Source: Wallemia ichthyophaga EXF-994 (taxonomy: Eukaryota > Fungi > Basidiomycota). From it: a stretch of 32,000 nt of DNA. Numbering within the stretch: the first letter of the stretch is position 1; the number at the start of each line of letters is the position of its first letter. The notes below the pieces were generated by a model. It saw only the letters and a list, made by a program, of their open reading frames with translations. It had not been told where the DNA came from and ran no database searches. The position numbers were made by a program, and so were the translations under genes. Of this stretch, positions 1-8,022 are shown one piece after another. The stretch covers positions 150,001-182,000 of the forward strand of contig NW_008806276.1 in assembly GCF_000400465.1 (NCBI RefSeq). The letters are read 5' to 3'.

Positions 1-1
1 C

Positions 2-851
2 AAGTGCATCGAGATGATTGATTGGTTTGACTTTAAGAATCACATTTGCATCGTTTCTGACTTGTTGAGCGAGTCCGTGTATGACTTCCTCAAATCGAAC
101 AAATTCACTCCCTTTCCCGCCACACACATACAGGAAATAAGTTATCAGTTACTCAAATCCGTCGCATACCTACACACACTCAAACTAGTCCATACTGACC
201 TCAAACCAGAGAATATCCTCCTCGTCAGCAACAAATCCAAGATGGAATTGGCTAACGACAAGAAACCCCAACGGAAGATTCTCGCTAATACTGATATACG
301 CTTGATTGATTTTGGTAGTGCGACGTTTGAATCTGAGTATCATTCGAGTGTGGTTAGCACGCGACATTACAGGGCGCCTGAGATTATATTAGGTGAGTTT
401 CGCTGTTTCAAGAGGCTTACACCTTAGTTAACAATGTACAGGACTTGGATGGTCATATCCCTGCGACGTATTCAGTCTTGGGTGTATAATAATAGAGCTG
501 ATGACGGGGGAGGCGCTGTTCCAGACACACGACAACCTCGAACACTTGGCTATGATGGAGGTGGTCATGGGTCCAATGCCACTCAATTACCAGAAGAAAG
601 CGTCGAAAGCGAAACCTGAATATTTTCGTGGATTGAAACTCGATTATCCTAATGGGAATACAACAAAGCAATCGCGAAAAGTGGTAAAGGGGATGAAGTC
701 TATCGATCAGATAATAAAAGCACGAGATCTTTCTTCACTCCAGCTGATTGATTTGTTGCAGAAGATGCTGACGTTCGACCAAGACGAGCGGATACGAGTA
801 GATCAAGCGCTAGAACACCCGTACTTTAAATCAAAAATATTTGTAGATTAG
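2..851 (+). CDS. LKH1: LAMMER/CLK dual-specificity protein kinase, 3' part (gene starts before the window); exons ..392, 442-851; intron 393-441
   Basis: HTDLKPENILL, DFGSA and HYRAPEIILG kinase motifs. Removing the GTGAGT..TACAG intron gives IILG-LGWSYPCDVFSLGC, which continues into EHLAMMEVVMG (LAMMER signature). Confidence 0.95.
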
Positions 852-864
852 ACAGATCGCACAG

Positions 865-1127
865 ATGAAATTCAACCAGTTTGTAAATATAATTGGATTT
901 TCTATTTCAGGTGGTGGGTGTGGTTGTGTATATGGGGGTATTTGACATGGGCTTATACACACCACAGTCACAGCAACTTGGTGCGTCTTGTTCGCAGATT
1001 TCGGTGAAAAAGAACACGTCTTCTCTGGTGTAAGTGGGGTGCTGTGATGTACGCCTATACCACATCTAACACGCTAAAGATACGCCGTGAATACACAAAG
1101 CAAGCGAATAAATTATTTGAGTTATAG
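865..1127 (+). CDS. Predicted 52-aa single-pass microprotein; exons 865-913, 968-1029, 1080-1127
   Basis: Introns 914-967 (GTGGGT..CACAG) and 1030-1079 (GTAAGT..CTAAC..AAAG) match the window's intron size and signals. Spliced product: MKFNQFVNIIGFSISGVTATWCVLFADFGEKEHVFSGIRREYTKQANKLFEL*. Absent from the ORF track. Confidence 0.7.
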
Positions 1128-1169
1128 ATTCTTATTTGTAGAATATATTCACTTTCCTCTATATCCATC

Positions 1170-2135
1170 ATGTCCACTTCAATTTCAAACCAAGAAGCAA
1201 GCCTGTACGATAGACAGATACGTCTATGGGGTTTATCAGCACAGAACAAGATACGCAGTAGCCACGTTGTACTGGTCAATGCTCTGCGTGGATGCTCATG
1301 CGAAGTCGCAAAGAATCTAACACTCGCCGGTGTAGGCAAGTTAACGCTTATAGTGGAGCATACCGACTGGGATAATGTAAAAGTCGATGGAAGTACAGCC
1401 ATTTTTATACGCGGCGGTGAGAACAATACACAGAGCACAGAGGATACATTCAAATCAAATATCAATAACCTCAATCCACACGTGCAAGTAGAAATTAAAT
1501 CAGTGGACAGCTACAGTAACCTTGTGGACGCGTACAAAACAGCGAATATCGTCATAGCTACAGATCTACAGCCACACAATTACAACGCCATCCACTCACA
1601 GCTCAACCCACTAACACCACTCTACTTGATTGGCACTCTCGGACTGGCTGGGTACGTGATTGTGACGAATGGTTCTGTTGACGCGAGTGGGAGTGAAATG
1701 GTACACAAAACTCTCGACCAACTTACTCAATCAAAACCTGGCACCAAAACACGTAAATTGCGCGAAAAAAGAGATTTGCTGGGTAAATGGAGGGGATGGC
1801 TATTGGTAATGGCGTGGTGGAGTTGGCTAGAAAACGAGAGGAGGAGTGTAACAACAGAGAGTGAGGATGTTGACAGGTTCTACGACACCCTCCTCAATAA
1901 AGCCAAGTATGCTGATTTAATTGATGACAATCCACTGCCATTCACAAAGGCAGACGTAGCTCAGCTTATACCCTCACTCAACACCTCGATAGCTCCCGTA
2001 CATGCCACCCTCGGTGGTTTCATTGCGCAGGATGTCATCAGCGCTATCAGCAGCAAACACCCCGGGACAAATAACGCTTGGAATTGGTTGAGTTATGATG
2101 CCAAATTGGGTGTATTCTCAAGACTTAAGTTGTGA
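1170..2135 (+). CDS. AOS1: SUMO-activating enzyme E1 subunit 1 (Aos1/Rad31/SAE1), ThiF family
   Basis: N-terminal LYDRQIRLWG, EVAKNLTLAGVGKLTL and C-terminal LGGFIAQDVI. The 321-aa length fits Aos1 rather than the longer Ula1/Uba1. Confidence 0.85.
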   Translation: MSTSISNQEASLYDRQIRLWGLSAQNKIRSSHVVLVNALRGCSCEVAKNLTLAGVGKLTLIVEHTDWDNVKVDGSTAIFIRGGENNTQSTEDTFKSNINNLNPHVQVEIKSVDSYSNLVDAYKTANIVIATDLQPHNYNAIHSQLNPLTPLYLIGTLGLAGYVIVTNGSVDASGSEMVHKTLDQLTQSKPGTKTRKLREKRDLLGKWRGWLLVMAWWSWLENERRSVTTESEDVDRFYDTLLNKAKYADLIDDNPLPFTKADVAQLIPSLNTSIAPVHATLGGFIAQDVISAISSKHPGTNNAWNWLSYDAKLGVFSRLKL

Positions 2136-2331
2136 GCACGTAAGCGTGTAAATTGAATTGATCTATCTTATTTTGGGTTCAGAACCCACTCGCTAAGTCG
2201 ACTCGGTAATTCCACTCGCTGCAAAGATAGCGCGAGGTTGGATGACGACATGTGATGTGCGCAGGTATAAATGGATTTTGAACGAGAGGGTAAAGTGAAC
2301 GATCAACGAATAAACGAATCAAGTCAACAAG

Positions 2332-3311
2332 ATGACGCTATCATTACCAAGAGGAAACTACGCACCAATCGTAAGCACGCGCAACTGTTACACCACTCAA
2401 ATCACTCAAACCACTCACACCCCCGCCAGCCTACATTCTACGCTAAAGATCAGAATCAATCTGTCGATTTATCAGCCACTGCGCAACATGCACTCAACAT
2501 CGTCAAGGCGGGTGTAGCAGGTGTAGTATGCCAAGGCAGTACTGCCGAATGGGTCAGTTTGAATGACGACGAGAAAAGCAGCATCACGCAAGCCGTCAGG
2601 AAAATTCTCAACGATCATGGTTTCACTCATGTACCAGTGCTTGCAGGCATAGGCGCACAATCCACCAGACACGCCATCCAGCTGGCCAAATCGGCAGGCG
2701 AGAACGGCGCACAGTACGTGCTTTCACTCCCGCCCTCGTATTTCGCAGCAAGTCTCACTCAAGCGGCGTTGGTTGATTTCTATATTGAAGTGGCTACACA
2801 CTCCCCAGTCCCCCTCCTCATCTACTCCTTCCCGGGCGTGTCGAATGGTGTGACGTTGAGCACTGACACTCTCATTACCCTCGCCGCCCATCCTAAGATC
2901 GTCGGTATCAAGCAGACAGACCATGATATCGGTAAGATGACTCGTTTGGCTGGTCTACATTCACAGACGCAACATGAATATGATTTCGCCGTCTTTGCAG
3001 GCGCGTCTAACTACCTAGTGGCCGCCTTGTCCGTTGGTGCACACGGGTCTATTACAGGCGCTGCCAATTACGCTCCCGAGCTCGTGACGGCTGTACAGGA
3101 AGCATACGATGGCGGCGACACGCGACGCGCCGTTGAGCTGCAGAGGAAGCTGGCCGAGTTGGAAGACACGACAGCTACGGGTGGCATCCCCGGCATCAAG
3201 TTGGCCGCTTGTTGCAAATACGCCTATCACAACCCTCAACCGCGCCATCCTGTGCCTTTGTGCAGCGACACTGTCCACAAGAGCATCGTAGCCGCTATGA
3301 AGGGTATCTAG
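2332..3311 (+). CDS. DHDPS/NAL-family class I aldolase (fungal 2-keto-3-deoxy acid aldolase-like); exons 2332-2370, 2430-3311
   Basis: Intron 2371-2429 (GTAAGC..CCAG) joins MTLSLPRGNYAPI to PTFY, the usual family N-terminus. Schiff-base Lys in IVGIK (2910-2912), Tyr in LLIYSFP, and GSTAE motif. The ORF-track start at 2271 is probably spurious. Confidence 0.85.
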
Positions 3312-3389
3312 ACATAATGGGCATGTAAATGTAATGCGCACATGTATCGAACCTATCATATACATATAACATATACACACACACGCACA

Positions 3390-5343
3390 TCAAATCATTA
3401 TCCTGTCCTCTATGTCATCGCGCACCCTCTGTATCCACGACTTGGCCGCCGATGCCAACCTCTCAGGATCAATATCGAGGTCGGGGACATTGCCCAAGAG
3501 TTGCTGGTTCTGTGCATTACCTGTGTTCGTTGGCGCTTTGTACACGGTAGGCGCGAAGTGTGTCGCCGCGTCAGCCATCATATCGAGGAATTGACGGCTG
3601 TTAAGGACTGTGTTCCCACCAAGGATAACCCTCGACGCACTTCCCTCTTTAGCCATCTGTTCATTAAGCAGCGTCACACTGCGAGCCTCTTCATAAGTCG
3701 TGCCGCCGACGATAAAGACTATCACCTCCTGCGGTCTGTAAGTATACACACTAGCATCAGGCTGTTGCTGCGTTGGCGAGAAAGGCGCCATGGCAGGATA
3801 GCTGCTCTCTTTTAACCGCCCCTTCATTAGCAGATCTACCGTTTGGGAGAGATGCGGAGTGTGCTGTGTATACACATTCTCAACCCCCTGTAATCCCTTC
3901 AACGCCGATCTGCCCCGACTGAAGAAATTGTCATTCATGAATAAATCATCCTGTCGCTTGTCCGCTCCGGCTAAGTTTAGCATCACATATACCAACGCAA
4001 CCCGATGCTGTGGGATGCCTTGCTGTAACAGTTGCGATACTACCGCCTGGATAGCATTCGATGGCATTTTCTGATAGCGGAGTGCATAGAGAATAGAGAG
4101 ACGCACTTTGCTTTCTTGTGGTATATCGGGGCTGTCTATCATTTCTTTGATGGCCTGGTGATTAGTCGTTAGTGTGAGAGCATATTCGAACTGCATATCT
4201 CCTTGTACACACCCTCAAATCCGATGAATGACTCTCATTGCTAGCGAGCGACTGCTCTAATTCAGACACCTGTAGCAACTTCTTATCATCAACAAGTTTA
4301 GATAGCTCCCCAATCAACGTAACGTGCTTGCTGACGTTGTTGCCTAGCTTTTTCATCTCCGGGTATGACTCAACGAATTTTTTCATATCGCTGATAGTTT
4401 CAATGTTTTTTACACTGTCATTCCCACCTATCTTGGCTTGATAATCACTGACATATTGCTTGACATTTGCACCCAAGTCACCAAAGTTTGCAAAAGCGTT
4501 GCGGGTGTAGAATGAGTCGTTGTCTGAAGTGAGAGATAGAAGAAGTTGCTTCTGAGAAGGAGAAATGTTGTCAAAAGCGCGTAAATCCACTTTATCATTT
4601 TCTAAACCGATCAAATCGTGTACCATTGCTTGATATGTCCATTGAGAGAGAAGTGGAGTGACAGGATCGTTTGTTCTGTCGCATAGGAGTAAGGTGGGGG
4701 TGGATTGAGAAGACCTAAAGTTGAATAGTTGAGACTCTGTATTGATATTGTGGGTAATTGAATCAGCCAATGATTTGCAGAGGTTTGAAGATGATTGGTA
4801 TCTAATGATTGGTTTGCGTTTGAGAGAGAGAAGGAGAGCTGTAAGTGAGTTTGTAGTTGAGTTCAAAGAGTGATTATTCCAAGCATCAGGGTTAGTTGAG
4901 TATAGATTGTGCTTCGTTGGAATGAAATTGAGTGAAAAAAGACAGTCACTGAGAGTTAAGTAGTCTAGGAACAACTCCTGACATTCCTTAACAACAGAGT
5001 AGGTGTCTGATGAAGCAAGAATCTCAATTTGATATTTGGTGAGAGTATTTGAGAAGTACAAGTAGTACTGCGAATAGAGTGGATTCGATAGTTCCAAGCA
5101 GAGGTTGTCTATGGATTGTGCAGTTGGAGTAACGAAGACAATACACTTCAAATGACTTATACGCTGTCTATTCCTATTACCAATCTTATCGATCAAATAG
5201 ATTTCCTTGTTGAGTATATTGGTTTGTGAGGTAATTGAACTTATGTAGCTTATCGTGGTGCTATCAAGTAAAAGCGATTTAATTCCAATGACGTCATTTA
5301 AAAGCTTATCTAAATAATTATGTGATGCCTCAATCAACTTCAT
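3390..5343 (-). CDS. VPS45: Sec1/Munc18-family protein Vps45; exons 5343-4213, 4154-3390; intron 4155-4212
   Basis: Motifs DRTNDPVTPLLSQWTYQAMVHDLIG, NVSKHVTLIGELS, VENVYTQHTP and IVFIVGGTTYEEA. The GTGTGT..CACCAG intron restores the frame. Confidence 0.95.
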
Positions 5344-5360
5344 GATGGTGAATACCTGCG

Positions 5361-6374
5361 ATGATCAATTTCATTCATTTCATCAAATATCCGAGAATTT
5401 TAAATGGAAGCTTAGTCTTCTCTGTTTCAATATCTAATGACCTTAGAACTGAATTCTTGGAACCCACAAATCCTATTCAGATCAATGCAGCTGTTTTGAT
5501 TCACAATCGGCAATCAAAACCAATAAAACTGGATAACGTTTTAATTTACGCTTCTTCACGTGATGGATATAAAGTTATTGATCTTCCTCTCTCTGTTGCA
5601 GGTCTAAGCCCCTCAGACACCTTTAGTCTACTCATTTATACGAAAAACTCATCAATCAAGCCAAATTTGAAGGATGTGTTACATTTGCAACACCCAATCC
5701 CATTACAATCACTCCCTTCTTCTTTAAATCAAGCTCAATACCTTCAACAGCGTTCTTTCACTGTAAACACGCAGCAATTACACATTGTTGAACACACGTC
5801 GTTCGATTTGGATAAAAAGTTATGGGATAGTGGATTGGCTTTAAGTGGAGACCTGATTAGCTGTTTAAATACCTATTTAGACCTCTCAAAATCACTGAAA
5901 ATACTTGAATTAGGTACAGGTACAGGAATTGTATCAATTACTCTCGCAACTCTGCTATCACAGATGTCTAAACAGTCGCACACAATCACTGCAACTGATT
6001 TAAACAGCGCTATACCCCTTCTTCGGAGCAATACCAAGAGAAACGCTCACCTTTACAAAAACATTGAAATACAACCAAAAGAGCTGTCTTGGGGATCAAA
6101 TAGCTCGCTTGAGAGTGTAGAGTATGATATCATTATTGCTGCCGACATTACATACAATATGTCATCGTTCCAACTTCTGCGAAACACTTTATCCAACTTA
6201 TTCACCGCGAATCCATCAACCAAGCTAATTCTAGCGCACAAATATAGGGATTATCAAGAAGACACCTTCTGGGATCATGCTAGCCAAATAAATCTCAAAT
6301 CGACTCACCTCAAATCTATTGGATGCGGCAGACGAGGCTATGAGACTGAAATATGGGAATTTAAGAGGATGTAA
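5361..6374 (+). CDS. Putative protein-lysine methyltransferase (Methyltransf_16 / METTL21-like)
   Basis: KLWDSG, ILELGTGTGIVS (SAM motif I), ITATD, LSWG and DIIIAADITY motifs. Confidence 0.8.
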   Translation: MINFIHFIKYPRILNGSLVFSVSISNDLRTEFLEPTNPIQINAAVLIHNRQSKPIKLDNVLIYASSRDGYKVIDLPLSVAGLSPSDTFSLLIYTKNSSIKPNLKDVLHLQHPIPLQSLPSSLNQAQYLQQRSFTVNTQQLHIVEHTSFDLDKKLWDSGLALSGDLISCLNTYLDLSKSLKILELGTGTGIVSITLATLLSQMSKQSHTITATDLNSAIPLLRSNTKRNAHLYKNIEIQPKELSWGSNSSLESVEYDIIIAADITYNMSSFQLLRNTLSNLFTANPSTKLILAHKYRDYQEDTFWDHASQINLKSTHLKSIGCGRRGYETEIWEFKRM

Positions 6375-6434
6375 TAGATGAATACTAATTTATAAATTTA
6401 AATTTATTTGAATTTCAGTTTCAACTCTGTATTA

Positions 6435-6440
6435 ACGCGT
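6435..6440. promoter_or_regulatory. MCB-like element ACGCGT upstream of the Borealin-like gene
   Basis: Exact ACGCGT 17 bp before ATG 6458. Function is inferred only. Confidence 0.3.
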
Positions 6441-6457
6441 TGTAAGCTCCACCCATC

Positions 6458-7482
6458 ATGATGCGCAACGCGGTTGCGGTAACCGCAACGCCAGACAAGT
6501 CAAAATCGAATTGGACAGCGCAGGCGCAAGCGTTTAGTGAAGATGAATCTGATGCGATATTGCAATCATATTTATTAGATGGTGAGTGTGTAGCGGTGCA
6601 GTGAATGGCACACAAAGCTCACCAACACCGCACGCAGTCGACAACAAGCGCAAAGCAATGAAGCTACACCTCGATAGATCTTTAAGCGCTTTCACAGCTC
6701 GCTCTCTCTCCATTCTCGCAAGTGTCCCGAAAGCACTGCACAACCTCACCCTGGGTGAATTTCAGGACAAATTCGGCGGTGATCTCGTACGCGCTGTCCG
6801 CGGCGAGGGCGTTAAAGACGCCACTCATGATCTTGAAGACAATGACCGCGAGGAGGAGTGGGAAGCTGCACGGAAACGGAAGCGGGTGGACAAGGACGGC
6901 GATGGTATTGATCCCAGTCAGAGTCCACAGCTTGAGAAGAAAACTAGTCGGAAGAATACAAAGAAAGTTGCTAAAACACCTTCTGCACGCAGTACACGCT
7001 CAACGAGATCAAAAACTAAGGGCAGAAATGGTGTCAGTGCGGTGAAAGATAGTGAAGATGAAGATTCTCATATGCCTTCTTCCTCTTTTAACCCCACTCT
7101 CACTACACATGATGATTTGCCCGATGAGGCTGAGGTGGAGGCTGAAGTGAGGGCTGGTATGTACAATACCTCAACACATCACACTATCAAACGACGTCCA
7201 TCTATACAGTTAGTGGGGAATGGCATATCGGATCTCAATATCGATCATATCGACCTTCCGAATGCATCCACTAAGAACGAAACGAGATATCTTCACGACA
7301 CAGCTACCCTATTCATTCCCCTTCCCGATGGGACTAAGCTGGCTGTTGATCCTGCGCGGGCTGAGCCTGAAGAGCTCAATAAGCTCGAAGGGGTCAATGA
7401 TGAGATGCGCGATATAGTTCGCAAACAGATTGAAAGGCGTATGCAAGAGTTGGTGGGTTTGATTGATAGATGGAAGACCTAG
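6458..7482 (+). CDS. Borealin/Nbl1-like chromosomal passenger subunit; exons 6458-6581, 6638-7482
   Basis: Intron 6582-6637 (GTGAGT..CGCAG) gives ILQSYLLD-V-DNKR...SILASVPKALHNLTLGEFQDKFGGDL, resembling the Borealin N-terminal helical motif. A basic/acidic disordered middle and a helical C-terminus follow. Confidence 0.65.
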
Positions 7483-7551
7483 TTGTATAATAACTTGTTG
7501 TATTTATCTTATCTTGAATAGTCATTATGGTTTCTACGTGTTTATCAATAG

Positions 7552-7574
7552 ACGCGTCTCGGTCATCTACGCGT
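7552..7574. promoter_or_regulatory. Pair of MCB-like ACGCGT elements
   Basis: ACGCGT at 7552-7557 and 7569-7574 in the largest intergenic gap. Confidence 0.35.
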
Positions 7575-8022
7575 CAGAAATTACCTATGTAGGCAGGAGG
7601 AAAATATCAGGGGAGTGAAGAAATATGTATGCTAGTTATTAAGGTACAAAATTTTTGATGAACTGGTTTTGGTTTTTATGTTGTGATGATTTGAGCAAAG
7701 AGGCCCAGTAGGTGAACCTCTATGGTAGTGAGATGAAGCAGCCTTTAATGAGAAAAGTGAGGTACGTGTCAGATTATCGAGGCTGTCTTAAATGCTTAAA
7801 GACCTCAATTTCCTTCGCAGCGCGTTCCCTTCATACCGGTGAAAATTTAGAATCAAAAAGAATACAAATGCAGGAAATTATACGCTGAAATGCCCACCAA
7901 GCAGCTGATTGTATTAAGGGACACGACAGGAAATAGCCATGTCATGGACTATTTGACAGGCAGTTGACGTATACCCAAGAAAGTCACATTCCTTATAGAA
8001 TTGAGCATAAGTAATAACGATC

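Noticed and set aside
2174-2188. Palindrome TGGGTTC-A-GAACCCA
   Set aside because: About two 7-bp-arm palindromes with a fixed spacer are expected by chance in 32 kb (32000/4^7).
2271-2331. ORF-track N-terminal extension of the aldolase (MDFEREG...)
   Set aside because: Better explained by read-through of the 5' UTR and intron; the spliced start at 2332 gives the family-typical N-terminus.
7500-7620. snR30/U17-like AAACCAT motif on the minus strand
   Set aside because: No correctly spaced ACA box, no exact m1 (ATATTCCTA) and no flanking stem.
7655-7890. TGATGA and CTGA boxes suggesting a C/D snoRNA
   Set aside because: No terminal stem or recognisable rRNA-complementary guide; the spacing is too long.
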